Positions 8,559 to 18,741 of a stretch of DNA of 53,890 bases are shown here, piece by piece. Position 1 is the first letter of the stretch; each line of letters opens with the position of its first letter. The notes under the pieces were generated by a model. That model was not told the DNA's origin, ran no database searches, and was given only the letters and a program-made list of their open reading frames with translations. Source of the DNA: Candidatus Onthoplasma sp. (GTDB lineage: Bacteria > Bacillota > Clostridia > Christensenellales > UBA1242); contig JAZRUZ010000036.1 of assembly GCA_045598895.1 (NCBI GenBank), positions 1 to 53,890 of the forward strand, written 5' to 3'. Both the position numbers and the translations under genes were made by a program.

Positions 8559-9026
8559 CTATATCCTCTCTATTCTTTTTTTAATTTCTTTTTGTTTCAA
8601 ACTTTCTCTTTTATCGTACAATTTTTTGCCTTTTGCTAAGGCTATTTCAACTTTTAAATTACCTTCAACAAAGTATGCTTTTGTAGGTACAATTGTAAGT
8701 TTGTCGTGCTCGATCTTCTTAATCATTTTCCCTATTTCGATTTTATGAAGAAGAAGTTTCCTATCTCGCCTTGTGGTATCACCCTGCCTTCCTGCATCAA
8801 AGGAATTGTTATATTCTTTAATAAAACTATTTCGTAGGTAAACTTCCTCATTTTTAATGTAACCAAAGCAGTCTACAATTGACAAATGTCCATTTCTAAC
8901 TGACTTGATTTCATCTCCTGTAAGAACAATGCCTGCTTCGAAAAACTCAAGCAAATCATATTCAAATCTTGCTCGTTTGTTCTCTGCAACTATTTTATTC
9001 TTTTCCATAATTAAATTATAACTCAA
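8559..9026 (-). CDS. smpB: SsrA-binding protein SmpB
   Basis: 155 aa with the conserved N-terminal block KRARFEYDLLEFFEAGIVLTGDEIKS. Lies directly downstream of rnr. Confidence 0.9.
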   Translation of the reverse strand: MSYNLIMEKNKIVAENKRARFEYDLLEFFEAGIVLTGDEIKSVRNGHLSIVDCFGYIKNEEVYLRNSFIKEYNNSFDAGRQGDTTRRDRKLLLHKIEIGKMIKKIEHDKLTIVPTKAYFVEGNLKVEIALAKGKKLYDKRESLKQKEIKKRIERI

Positions 9027-9054
9027 AAATAAATAATTGTAAACTAATATGTCA

Positions 9055-11280
9055 TTATCTACGTTTCTTTGTGTGTTTTATTTTCTTAGTTCGGCTTCTC
9101 GCTTTGTTCTTTACCTTCTCTGCGAAGTTTTTGATAGTCTTTTTAGGTTTACTTTTTTCAACTTTATTTTTAAAAAGTTTAGAACTATAACCTTTCTCTA
9201 CGCCAAATAAATCAAAGTCAATTTGACGTAATTCTGTGTTTACATTTGCGACAACAACTTCCACTTTGTCACCAATTGTGTAGTGATGATTAGCGCCAAA
9301 AATAGTCAAACTTAAGTCATCAAAAACATATTCATCTTGAGGCAAGTCTTCGATTTTTAACATTCCTTCAACGCCGTTTTCTAATTCAACAAATATTCCA
9401 AATTCTTGAATCCCTGAAATAGTCCCAGTAAAATGTTCGCCTAAAAATTTTGTCATATAAACAGCCTGTTTGTAGTCGTCCATAGTTCGTTCTGCTTCGT
9501 CGGCTGTTTTTTCAGTCAGACTACTTTGTTCGCTAATTTTATCTACGAGTGGCAAATATTTAGACTTGATTTCCTCAATAGGAACACCATTAATATCACT
9601 CTTTATAATACGATGGATTGTTAAATCTGGATAACGCCTAATTGGACTCGTAAAATGACAATAGTTTTCACTAGCAATACCAAAATGACCTAAACAATGT
9701 GAGTCATACCTTGCCTTCATCAAACTCCTAAGAATGAGTTTCGTTAAAGTTTGCTCTTTAGGAGTGTTGGTTATTTTTTCTATTACATTTTGGTAACTTT
9801 TAGGACTTTCATAATCTTTATCTAAACTATTATTAATGCCCATGTGTGCTAAAACTTCATGAAGTCTAGTAGCCTTTTCTTCATCTGGTTTTTCATGCAC
9901 ACGATATACGAAAGGTAAGTGCTTATCTAAATAAGTTTTAGCGACAACTTCATTAGTTACAACCATCAAACTTTCAATGATTTCATGTGATTCATCTTGA
10001 AGTCGTTTTTCAATGCTAACGATTCCACCTTCACTATTTTCAAGTATGAAAGGCTCAGGCAAATTCATTCTAATTTCACCGCGATCGTATTTAATCTTTT
10101 TAAGTTTATTAGATATCTCTTGGAAACAAATTATGTCATCAACTACATCTTTAAACTTTTCAATTAAAATAGGATCTCTGTCAAGTATACCTTGCACCTC
10201 AGTGTAGGTCATACGGTGTTTTGATTTTATTATTCCTTCTTTAATTTCGCTAGACAAAACATTACAATCTTTATCCATCAATATTTCGCAAGACAAAGTC
10301 AATCTTAACTCATTTTCTTGCAATGAACAAATTCCGTTAGAGAGTTCTTTAGGAAGCATTGGAATAACCATATTAGGAAAATATACGCTTGTGCCACGTC
10401 TATAGGCTTCTTTATCAATACTAGAATTCTCGACAACATATTCTGAAACATCTGCGATATGCACATAAAGTTTATACCCATCATTAACCCTTTCTACTGC
10501 AATTGCATCATCGAAATCTCTTGCATCTTCGCCGTCAATTGTAATAATGTTTTGCTCAGTATAATCATTTCTATTTTTATATTTTTTTATATCAACTTTT
10601 TGACTAATATTTTTTGCTTCATTGATTACTTTTTCGTCAAATTTATCTACTAGATTAAATGACCTAATAATAGATAATTGCTCGGCAACCGGCGTGTTTA
10701 CTTTACCTAAAACTTCAATGATTTTTCCGTGGACAATATCATTTTCAATAGAATCAACATTTAATTTTACATACACCTTATCGTTATTTTGCGCGTCAAA
10801 TTCGTCGCCTTTTGATATCCTAATTTGAGGAAATCTAGGATCATCTGGGAACACTACATTTTTAGATTTACCAATTATGAACGTTCCAACAATATTGGTT
10901 GTATTTCGTTTTAAAATTTTAACAACTCTTCCCTCAATGTCTTCGCCTCGTTTCTTTGTTATCTCTACCAGACAATTATCTCCGTCAAAACTAGACCTAA
11001 GTTCATTTGCAGGTATGAAAAAGTCAGGAAGACCATCAACCATAGCAAAGCCATAACCTTTCTTGTTTAAACTAACAATAGCAGGGTAAAAACCTTTATC
11101 TCGAGATATTGAAACTTTACCTTTATCATCAACGTATAGTTCGCCCAAATCTACAAGATTTTTTAATTCTTTTAATACATCATCTTTTGTTTTATCTAAA
11201 AGCAAACTTAATTTATCTGCAAGAGTGTCTAAGGTATAATAATAAAGTTGACACTTTCTAATTAAATCAAAAATATCCAT
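9055..11280 (-). CDS. rnr: Ribonuclease R
   Basis: 741 aa. RNB catalytic region (DGEDARDFDDAI), C-terminal S1 domain and a Lys-rich tail. Sits in the secG-rnr-smpB context. Confidence 0.9.
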   Translation of the reverse strand: MDIFDLIRKCQLYYYTLDTLADKLSLLLDKTKDDVLKELKNLVDLGELYVDDKGKVSISRDKGFYPAIVSLNKKGYGFAMVDGLPDFFIPANELRSSFDGDNCLVEITKKRGEDIEGRVVKILKRNTTNIVGTFIIGKSKNVVFPDDPRFPQIRISKGDEFDAQNNDKVYVKLNVDSIENDIVHGKIIEVLGKVNTPVAEQLSIIRSFNLVDKFDEKVINEAKNISQKVDIKKYKNRNDYTEQNIITIDGEDARDFDDAIAVERVNDGYKLYVHIADVSEYVVENSSIDKEAYRRGTSVYFPNMVIPMLPKELSNGICSLQENELRLTLSCEILMDKDCNVLSSEIKEGIIKSKHRMTYTEVQGILDRDPILIEKFKDVVDDIICFQEISNKLKKIKYDRGEIRMNLPEPFILENSEGGIVSIEKRLQDESHEIIESLMVVTNEVVAKTYLDKHLPFVYRVHEKPDEEKATRLHEVLAHMGINNSLDKDYESPKSYQNVIEKITNTPKEQTLTKLILRSLMKARYDSHCLGHFGIASENYCHFTSPIRRYPDLTIHRIIKSDINGVPIEEIKSKYLPLVDKISEQSSLTEKTADEAERTMDDYKQAVYMTKFLGEHFTGTISGIQEFGIFVELENGVEGMLKIEDLPQDEYVFDDLSLTIFGANHHYTIGDKVEVVVANVNTELRQIDFDLFGVEKGYSSKLFKNKVEKSKPKKTIKNFAEKVKNKARSRTKKIKHTKKRR

Positions 11281-11354
11281 AGTTGAATTTTAACATACAA
11301 AAAATATTCAGTCAAATAAAATAAGTTTATTATGATTAATAAAACATATTCATT

Positions 11355-11395
11355 AAAAAAAGTGAACCTTAAAGATATATCTTTATAAGGTCCAC
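11355..11395 (-). terminator. Rho-independent terminator after secG
   Basis: 10-bp stem GTGGACCTTA / TAAGGTTCAC on the minus strand (one G:U, which would be A:C on the plus strand), followed by UUUUUUU. Confidence 0.55.
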
Positions 11396-11415
11396 ATAAT
11401 ACTATAGAATTTAAT

Positions 11416-11721
11416 CTAAATAAATGAATTCCACACTTTAATCAAAATAAAGTAAACAATAGTGAAAACAGCGATTAATGCTAAACAAATATAAATAAGT
11501 TTAGTAATTCTTCCTTCACGAGAGCCACCCTTATTTTGAGAATAATAACTATCTTTATTTCCTGTTATTACATTTGAACCACCATTTCCGTCTGTAATTT
11601 GCATAAAAACTAAAACAACCATTATCAAACATAATATAGCAAGTAGCACTAAACAAATTTTTTCTAACACTGGAAAAGATTTTTCAATCCAAGTAGGAAG
11701 TGTTGCTAAAATAAAATCCAT
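11416..11721 (-). CDS. secG: Probable preprotein translocase subunit SecG
   Basis: Two TM helices separated by a Gly-rich loop (MQITDGNGGSNVITGN). Lies upstream of rnr-smpB as in Bacillus. The ATG at 11721 has a GGAGGA SD. Confidence 0.55.
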   Translation of the reverse strand: MDFILATLPTWIEKSFPVLEKICLVLLAILCLIMVVLVFMQITDGNGGSNVITGNKDSYYSQNKGGSREGRITKLIYICLALIAVFTIVYFILIKVWNSFI

Positions 11722-11780
11722 AAATCCTCCAAAACGCATTAATTATATCACAAAAACATACTGAAAACAAGTGTTTTTGC

Positions 11781-12002
11781 TTAAAATCTAACATAAGTTA
11801 AATAAATAATAACCAATAAGATTGCAACTATAGGTATCAATAAAGCAGGTCTTGCAAACACGACTTTTTCAGAATCTGCTTTCTTCCAAAATTTAACGAA
11901 AAGCAATAAAACAATTACCAACAAGGCAATTATAATTCCTGCAAATACATATGTATTTAACTCTTGTATTAAAGCCACAAACTGATTATATAAATTTCTC
12001 AT
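11781..12002 (-). CDS. Small hypothetical membrane protein (two TM helices)
   Basis: ORF downstream of gpmI. The ATG at 12002 with an AAGGA SD is preferred over the TTG at 12050. Confidence 0.35.
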   Translation of the reverse strand: MRNLYNQFVALIQELNTYVFAGIIIALLVIVLLLFVKFWKKADSEKVVFARPALLIPIVAILLVIIYLTYVRF

Positions 12003-12046
12003 ATTTTTTTCCTTAGTAATTATTTTATCAAATTTCTTTGAGTATG

Positions 12047-13513
12047 TCAATAGCGAACAATCAAACTTTCACCTTTAAAATATTTGTTAGGTTTTAATCC
12101 CATCAAATCGATAAAAGTTGGCGCTATATCTTTTAGTTCTCCACTTTTCTTTAATTTAATGTTTTTATCTACAACTAAACACATAACTTTATTTAACGTA
12201 TGACTAGTATTTATTTCGCCCGTTTTAGTCGTCATTTCTTCGCTATTTCCATGGTCGGCTGTGATTAAAATTTGATAGTTTTTAACTTCTTTTAAAATTC
12301 GCTTCAAACACAAATCTATAAACTCTATCGCCTTTTTAGTTGCCTCAAAATTGCCTGTGTGTCCAATCATATCCGCATTAGAAAAATTGACAATAATTGC
12401 ATCTACATTATTTTTACTAGCCTTAATTATTTCGTCTGTAATTTCTTTTGCTCGCATCTTAGGGTATGATGCATAGTCCTTAACTTCCTTTGTTGGTATA
12501 TGCATTCTTTTTTCGTTCTTAAAAGGCTTTTCAATTCCACCATTTAAAAAGTATGTTACATGAGCATATTTGGTTGTTTCACTAATCTTTTCTTGTGTTA
12601 AATTTAATTTTGATAAATATTCGCTTAAAGTATTTTTGACAATTTTTTGTCTATATATAAATTTTGATTTACTACCACCAACTTTTGCCATAGTATATAT
12701 GTTTTTAAAATCTTTTTCAGCCCTGTTTACGATTTGACGCAATCTATCTTCTCTAAAATTAAAGAAAAATATAACGTCATCTTTATTTATACCTTTGTAC
12801 ATTTCATTATTGACGTGTATTGGCTCAATATATTGGTCTGTGATGCTGTTTTTATGTTGTTTTGTTAAATACTCCTCAATATCTTCTTCTTTTATGCAGT
12901 TTTCGTCGTTAAACATAGCGTTGTAGGCTTTATTTGTTCGTGTTAAAACATTTTCCCTATCCATAGCAAAGAAACGCCCAGAAACGCTTAAAATGTGGCA
13001 ATTTCCAATATTTTTAATTTTATTTTTTAGAAGCCTCAAATATTTTATACTATCAGTAACTCCACAATCTCGGCCGTCTGCTATAAAATGAATAAAAATA
13101 TTTTTTGAGTCATTTTTAAATACATCAATTAAATAAAACAAATGATTAATATTACTATGAATGTTTTTATCACTCATAAGACCAATAAAGTGCAAATTCT
13201 TTTGTTTATTATATTTTTTCTTTAAATTTAATATTTCTACCTTTTTTTCTAAAATCTTGTCTTTAATGTCTTCTGTTATTTGTTTTGAAGTAGACAAAAT
13301 TATTCGTCCGGCTCCTATTGTAGTGTGACCAACTTCACTGCCACCCATTTCGCCTTTAAATAGTCCAACTGCTTCGCCATCAGTTTTAATTAGCGCATAA
13401 CCATTTTCTCTTAAACTATTAAGCGTTGGTGTTTTTGCTCTAGTTACTGCATTGAATTCATAATCTTTACTCTCTCCAAACCCGTCTAAAATAATAAGTA
13501 AACCTTTATTCAT
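12047..13513 (-). CDS. gpmI: 2,3-bisphosphoglycerate-independent phosphoglycerate mutase
   Basis: LIILDGFG metal site and GGSEVGHTTIGAGR catalytic Ser motif. Ends with TGA. Confidence 0.9.
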   Translation of the reverse strand: MNKGLLIILDGFGESKDYEFNAVTRAKTPTLNSLRENGYALIKTDGEAVGLFKGEMGGSEVGHTTIGAGRIILSTSKQITEDIKDKILEKKVEILNLKKKYNKQKNLHFIGLMSDKNIHSNINHLFYLIDVFKNDSKNIFIHFIADGRDCGVTDSIKYLRLLKNKIKNIGNCHILSVSGRFFAMDRENVLTRTNKAYNAMFNDENCIKEEDIEEYLTKQHKNSITDQYIEPIHVNNEMYKGINKDDVIFFFNFREDRLRQIVNRAEKDFKNIYTMAKVGGSKSKFIYRQKIVKNTLSEYLSKLNLTQEKISETTKYAHVTYFLNGGIEKPFKNEKRMHIPTKEVKDYASYPKMRAKEITDEIIKASKNNVDAIIVNFSNADMIGHTGNFEATKKAIEFIDLCLKRILKEVKNYQILITADHGNSEEMTTKTGEINTSHTLNKVMCLVVDKNIKLKKSGELKDIAPTFIDLMGLKPNKYFKGESLIVRY

Positions 13514-14150
13514 TATCGACTCCTTCTATGATTTTTATAAAATCGTCAATATTTAAACATGCTCTACCTAAAATAAGCCCGTCAGTAAAGGAAAGAAATT
13601 TTTTATAGTTATTTACATTAACATTTCCACCAAAAATAATCTTTGCTTTTAACTTATTTCTATTAATAAAATCTTTAATCAAATCAACAGAATTTAATAA
13701 CCTGTTTTCATTAAAATCTTTGTCACTACCTATTAAATAATTGGGCTCATAAGCAATGACCACTTCTTCATTAGTTGGAATAATTTTATTGCTTAATTCC
13801 TTAATCAAAAAATCTTCATCAGCCTCGCTATCGGTAACACAAACAATAGGTTTAATACCGTGTTTTGAGCAAAATTCAAACTTGTTTTTAACATCTTGAT
13901 AAGACTCGCCGTTTTTAACATAATCATAATGACCAAGGATAGCATATTTAATATTTTTATCAATTTCTTTTAAATCTAAATCAACGTTTTGATAGGCTAA
14001 ATTAAAATCATAAAAATTAGAGGCATAGACAAAAGGCGGACACAAAATAATTTTTGTGTCCTTTGTTTTCAAGTTATTTAATTTTAGTTTATAGTTTTCA
14101 AAAAACTCATTGTTTCCAAAGTTTTTGAAATTCGCTACAACTATTTTCAA
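13506..14150 (-). CDS. tpiA: Triosephosphate isomerase, short divergent form (214 aa)
   Basis: Sits between pgk and gpmI. Retains ANFK (for NWK), GH (ILGHYDY) and AYEPNYLIGS (catalytic Glu loop). The phosphate-gripper loops are altered. Confidence 0.7.
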   Translation of the reverse strand: MKIVVANFKNFGNNEFFENYKLKLNNLKTKDTKIILCPPFVYASNFYDFNLAYQNVDLDLKEIDKNIKYAILGHYDYVKNGESYQDVKNKFEFCSKHGIKPIVCVTDSEADEDFLIKELSNKIIPTNEEVVIAYEPNYLIGSDKDFNENRLLNSVDLIKDFINRNKLKAKIIFGGNVNVNNYKKFLSFTDGLILGRACLNIDDFIKIIEGVDNE

Positions 14151-14159
14151 CCTAACTCC

Positions 14160-15335
14160 TTAATCTAAGATTGCCTCAATACAAGGCAATTTTTTGCCTT
14201 GCAACAACATTAAAGTTGCTCCACCACCTGTTGATGTTTTAACAAATTTACTTAATTTAAACGACTGAATAGCAGCAATACTATCGCCACCACCAATCAA
14301 ACATTTTGCCTTTGATTTTGATATATATTTAGCGATTTTCATAGTACCAATTTTAAATTTATCATATTCATAAACACCCAAAGGTCCGTTCCAAACAATA
14401 GTATTCGCTTTTTTAATCTCTTTCTTAAATAACTTAATAGTTTTAGGACCAATGTCCATTCCTTGATAATCTTCAGGTATAAATCCACTATTAAATTTCT
14501 TTGCTTTTGCGTTTTCTGAAAAGTCTTTTGCACCAATGTTGTCTATAGGAAGAACTATTTTAACGCCTTTATCTTTCGCCTTATCTAAAAGAGTTTTTGC
14601 TAATTCTAATTGAGAATTATCCACCATTGACATACCAACATTTCCGCCAATTGCTTTAACAAAAGTGTAAGCCATTCCACCACCAATAAGAATAGTGTCG
14701 CATTTATCTAACAAGTTCTCTACAACAGGAAGTTTATCACTTACTTTTGCTCCACCAAGGATCGCAACAAAAGGTTTATCTTTTGAATTTACTATTTCAT
14801 CAAATTGCTTAAGTTCCTCTTCCACCAACAATCCACAAACTGCTGGAATTTTCTTAGCAACGCCGAAAGTTGAAGCATGTTTTCTGTGAGCCGTAGCAAA
14901 CGCGTCAAACACAAAAAGATCAGACAAACTAACAAGTCTATCCACTAATTTTTCTCCATTCTTTTCCTCATCAGCATAAAAGCGAATATTCTCAAGCATC
15001 AAAATATCGCCATTTTTCATTTTATCGACCATTTCAGTTGTCGAGTCGCTATACACATCTTCAGCAAAAGAAATAGGTTTATCAAGCAACTTGCTTAGTC
15101 TAGATAATACTGGCCTTAAGGATAATTTTGAATCAGCCTTACCATTAGGGCGACCTAAATGAGAGCAAATAATAACTTTCGCATCATGTTCAATTAAATA
15201 TTTTATAGTTGGAATTGTAGCAACTATTCTAGTGTCGTCTACAATTTTTAATTCTGTATTTATAGGGACATTATAGTCAACACGAACTAAAACTCGTTTG
15301 CCAGTTACGTCCACGTCTTTTATTGTTTTCTTCAT
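14160..15335 (-). CDS. pgk: Phosphoglycerate kinase
   Basis: 391 aa with the VRVDYNVP, ILGGAKVSDK and STGGGA motifs. Confidence 0.95.
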   Translation of the reverse strand: MKKTIKDVDVTGKRVLVRVDYNVPINTELKIVDDTRIVATIPTIKYLIEHDAKVIICSHLGRPNGKADSKLSLRPVLSRLSKLLDKPISFAEDVYSDSTTEMVDKMKNGDILMLENIRFYADEEKNGEKLVDRLVSLSDLFVFDAFATAHRKHASTFGVAKKIPAVCGLLVEEELKQFDEIVNSKDKPFVAILGGAKVSDKLPVVENLLDKCDTILIGGGMAYTFVKAIGGNVGMSMVDNSQLELAKTLLDKAKDKGVKIVLPIDNIGAKDFSENAKAKKFNSGFIPEDYQGMDIGPKTIKLFKKEIKKANTIVWNGPLGVYEYDKFKIGTMKIAKYISKSKAKCLIGGGDSIAAIQSFKLSKFVKTSTGGGATLMLLQGKKLPCIEAILD

Positions 15336-15383
15336 ACTATCTCCTACTCAGTAAATATCATTTACCTAGTATTAGTCATAATA

Positions 15384-15412
15384 ATTATAACAAAAGAAAA
15401 ATTAAATGCAAA
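15384..15412 (-). promoter_or_regulatory. Promoter of the pgk-tpiA-gpmI operon (TTTGCA-17 nt-TATAAT)
   Basis: Minus-strand -35 at 15407-15412 and -10 at 15384-15389. Confidence 0.45.
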
Positions 15413-15507
15413 ATGAATTTGTTGATTTTTTACTATTTTTAAAAATATTTTTTTTATAAGAATTTTCTAACTTAATAAATATAATTCTATCTTTTTTAAC
15501 CAATGAA

Positions 15508-15825
15508 CTAAATCAAATCGACAGCAAGATTGAACATTTTTTCGATGTTACTATTTTTAGTGTAATAGTAAATATTTTTACCATCTCTCTCACAATCCAC
15601 AATATTCAAATTCTTCAATAGTTTCAATTGATGGCTAATCGTCGATTGGTTAATATTTAGAATATTAGTAATTGTTGTAACACAAAGTGGTTTTATCAAA
15701 AGTAAAATAATAATCTTTAGCCTAGTATCATCACTAAAAGCCGAAAAGAATTCAGTCAAACTATTCATTTCATTTTTCCCAGGCATATACTTTTTTATGG
15801 ACAATTCATCAATAAAATTACTCAT
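15508..15825 (-). CDS. ArsR/SmtB-family transcriptional regulator
   Basis: FSAFSDDTRLKIIILL...STISHQLKLLKNLNIV...DGKNIYY matches the winged-HTH signature. It has only one Cys where the metal-sensing CVC usually sits. Confidence 0.8.
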   Translation of the reverse strand: MSNFIDELSIKKYMPGKNEMNSLTEFFSAFSDDTRLKIIILLLIKPLCVTTITNILNINQSTISHQLKLLKNLNIVDCERDGKNIYYYTKNSNIEKMFNLAVDLI

Positions 15826-15927
15826 GTTTAAAGAATAAAAAATATTAATAAATAAATCAATTTGTCACAATGTAAGATTTCATCGAATAAATAATAAAAA
15901 GAAATTTAAAAGGCGAGGATTGAAGAA

Positions 15928-16113
15928 ATGAACAACAACGCTCTATTTATCGTGATAGCGATAATAATTGCAATAATAGCACAAGCAACCAACACTAATC
16001 TAGTTAGCAACACGACTTTCTTACTTCTTTTATTATTGGCACTCGGCGCATACGGTCAAAACAATAATCAAAATAACTGCTACGTCTACGGCCAACAAAG
16101 AAGTTTCATTTAA
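15928..16113 (+). CDS. Small hypothetical membrane protein (61 aa)
   Basis: ORF with a GAGGA SD, divergent from the ArsR gene. Two hydrophobic segments and an N/Q-rich tail. Confidence 0.35.
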   Translation: MNNNALFIVIAIIIAIIAQATNTNLVSNTTFLLLLLLALGAYGQNNNQNNCYVYGQQRSFI

Positions 16114-16139
16114 AAAAGCACTTCTATAGTGCTTTTTTA
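16112..16139. terminator. Bidirectional terminator between the 61-aa ORF and trpS
   Basis: AGCACT / AGTGCT hairpin flanked by AAAAA and TTTTTT. Confidence 0.55.
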
Positions 16140-16155
16140 CGTCTAAATACATCAA

Positions 16156-17205
16156 CTAATTATTGAAATAATTTATTCCCATATTGGTTTTCATCTTTGA
16201 TAAATTTTCTTTTGTAACACGGCGTGCTTTTTCGGTTCCTGTTTTTAAAATTTCAAAGATTTTTTCAGGATCTTTTTCTAACTCTTTTCTTGTTTCTCTA
16301 ATCGGCGCAATAAGGTCTTGTAAAATTGAATTTAAGAATTTTTTGATTTTCATATCACCAAGTCCACCACGTCTATAGTGCTCTTTTAATTCGTCTAAAT
16401 TTTTATACTCAGGCAGGTACTTTTCAAAATCTTCAGGTTTAGAGAATACATCTAAATAAGTGAACACTGTATTGCCTTCAACCTTACCAGGATCTTCGAC
16501 GTGTAAATGGTCTGGATCGGTATACATTGAAAAAACTTTTTGTTTAATTTCGTCAGGCTCATCACTTAAGTAAATGCAGTTTCCAAGGCTCTTACTCATT
16601 TTAGCGCCACCATCAGTACCAACAAGTCTATAGCAACTTTCACTTTCAGGAAGCACTGCTTCAGGCTCTAAAAATGTTTCGCCATAAAGGTTATTAAAAG
16701 ATCTAACGATTTCACGTGCTTGTTCGAGCATAGGCAACTGATCATCACCAACAGGAACAATAGTAGCATTAAAGCCAACAATATCTGCTGTTTGACTAAC
16801 AGGATAAGTCAAAAATCCCATAGGAATAGTGCCATTGAAATTTTTAGTTTTCAACTCTTCTTTAACTGTTGGATTTCTCTCTAATCTAGAAAGTGTAACC
16901 AAATTCATAAAATAAAAAGTAAATTCAGTGAGTTCACTAACTTCGCTTTGAATAACGAACGTGATTTTCTCTGGATCAAGTCCTACTGCAAGATAATCTA
17001 ACATAACTTGCAAAACATTATCTCTAACTTTTTGCACATTACCGAAATTGTCAGTAAGAGCCTGCGAGTCTGCCACCATTATATAAAACTCATCAAAATC
17101 ACTTTTATTTTGTAACTCTAATCTTCTTTTTAAACTACCAACATAATGACCAAGGTGTAAATGACCTGTAGGTCTATCTGCTGTCAAAATAATCTTGTTT
17201 TTCAT
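16156..17205 (-). CDS. trpS: Tryptophan--tRNA ligase
   Basis: 349 aa with HLGHYVG (HIGH) and KMSKS motifs; size is typical of class Ic TrpRS. Confidence 0.85.
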   Translation of the reverse strand: MKNKIILTADRPTGHLHLGHYVGSLKRRLELQNKSDFDEFYIMVADSQALTDNFGNVQKVRDNVLQVMLDYLAVGLDPEKITFVIQSEVSELTEFTFYFMNLVTLSRLERNPTVKEELKTKNFNGTIPMGFLTYPVSQTADIVGFNATIVPVGDDQLPMLEQAREIVRSFNNLYGETFLEPEAVLPESESCYRLVGTDGGAKMSKSLGNCIYLSDEPDEIKQKVFSMYTDPDHLHVEDPGKVEGNTVFTYLDVFSKPEDFEKYLPEYKNLDELKEHYRRGGLGDMKIKKFLNSILQDLIAPIRETRKELEKDPEKIFEILKTGTEKARRVTKENLSKMKTNMGINYFNN

Positions 17206-17221
17206 AATTTCCCTTTGACTA

Positions 17222-17250
17222 ATTATAACATAGTTAAAATAATTTTACAA
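17222..17250 (-). promoter_or_regulatory. trpS promoter (TTGTAA-17 nt-TATAAT with TGn extension)
   Basis: -10 at 17222-17227 and -35 at 17245-17250. This leaves only about a 10-nt leader. Confidence 0.45.
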
Positions 17251-17355
17251 TAAAATAAAACAACCTATTATTAAGAAACATAGCATTAAATAAATATTTG
17301 TATTAAAATATAATAACAATATCATTTACTAAAACTCACAGCACAAAACAAAACA

Positions 17356-17394
17356 CAAAAAAATCTCGCAGTGCGAGATTTTTATTTGTCTAAT
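17356..17394 (-). terminator. Terminator module, copy A (after the transporter gene)
   Basis: ATCTCGC agt GCGAGAT hairpin with a U-tail. Nearly identical to copy B at 18742-18781. Confidence 0.65.
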
Positions 17395-17426
17395 TTGGCT
17401 TTTACTTTGTCACTTTCTAAATTTAA

Positions 17427-18668
17427 CTATTCATTTTTTGTGCTATACTTATTTTCATAAACAAGTAGCAACAACATCAACACAGAATATGATAATACAA
17501 ATAAAATATAAGCAATTTGATATACTAAATAATTTTTTAACCATGCAACAATTATCAAACTTCCAAATGATATTATTCTAGACAAACAAAACAAAGATTC
17601 CACCATTGTTTGATGCTCTGCTATATTTTCATACATCCCCGCTTCTTTTAAGTTTTTATTTCTATTAACATCAAGGACTAAAGAAAACATTGTTTCTGTA
17701 ATTGACACTGAAAAATCAAATATAATTAAAGTCCAAATATTTGGCATCGCTATAAATAATACGGAACCAAATATTGGCAAAACTGTACCGACAAGCATTA
17801 ACCAAGTACGCTTGCCTTCTTTCGTAAATTTATTAACAAAAATAAGAAATACTATAGTAATAACCGAAAACACACCAGCCAGTGCACCGATACTAAAATT
17901 AGTACCAAATTGTTGAATTATAGAAATATTTAATAAATTCGCAACGATACTAGTAAATCCAAAAGCAAAACATATTAAATATAAAAACTTGATTTTACTA
18001 TTGAATTCGTTTTTTATTTTTAATTTTTTTAAATATCCTTTAAGATCCAACTTACTATTATCTGGCCGTTTGGAGTTAATAAAGAAAGAAACTACCAATT
18101 GTACAACGCTTAATATAAGAACAAAACATGCAACTATAGAATATGTAGATACGTCTATTAATGCACCAAATATAACCGGACAGAAAATACCTATTAACTT
18201 CCCCAAAATTGTTGAAATAACATAAAATTTTTTAATTGAATTTCTGCTTACCATTTCTTGTTTTAGCACATTATAACTGGCATAATACATAGCCATAGCC
18301 AAGCCGTTCAATAAACCAATTAAAATAATATAATCTGCTATATATTCCCCAAAAAAAATTGCAAATAATATAATTACTAATTCTACTATAAAACTTAATC
18401 TATAAGGCCAAACCCTATTACTTTTGTCGACCCATATACTAATGAAATAATATGCAATTAACATAACAATATAAGTGAACATTTGAAAAAGGCCAACTTT
18501 GGCAACATAAGAATATAAATCAGATGTTAAACTATAAATATAAGCGATTAAAAAGGTAGACAAAAAAATATTTATAGCGCTATAAAATAAATGACATATA
18601 GCTAGAGCCATTGTTGAGGTTTTATCTTTTTTACTCGTTGAAATATCGTAATTATAACCCATATTCAC
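17427..18668 (-). CDS. Multi-pass membrane transporter-like protein (about 12 TM, family not assigned; possibly MFS-type)
   Basis: 413-aa hydrophobic ORF. The tracked start is GTG at 18668, with an alternative ATG at 18662. It has its own TTTGCA-18 nt-TATAAT promoter upstream. Confidence 0.5.
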   Translation of the reverse strand: MNMGYNYDISTSKKDKTSTMALAICHLFYSAINIFLSTFLIAYIYSLTSDLYSYVAKVGLFQMFTYIVMLIAYYFISIWVDKSNRVWPYRLSFIVELVIILFAIFFGEYIADYIILIGLLNGLAMAMYYASYNVLKQEMVSRNSIKKFYVISTILGKLIGIFCPVIFGALIDVSTYSIVACFVLILSVVQLVVSFFINSKRPDNSKLDLKGYLKKLKIKNEFNSKIKFLYLICFAFGFTSIVANLLNISIIQQFGTNFSIGALAGVFSVITIVFLIFVNKFTKEGKRTWLMLVGTVLPIFGSVLFIAMPNIWTLIIFDFSVSITETMFSLVLDVNRNKNLKEAGMYENIAEHQTMVESLFCLSRIISFGSLIIVAWLKNYLVYQIAYILFVLSYSVLMLLLLVYENKYSTKNE

Positions 18669-18741
18669 ACCCTAAATTTAATTATATTTAAAATTTTTAC
18701 AAAATGCAAACTTTTTTCTCTAAATTCACAAAAATCTGTAA

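Noticed and set aside
17206-17355. Expected T-box riboswitch upstream of trpS
   Set aside because: A TTGTAA-17-TATAAT promoter sits about 17 nt from the ATG, leaving no room for a leader. I found no T-box core (GGUGGUACCGCG-like) or specifier structure in the AT-rich upstream region.
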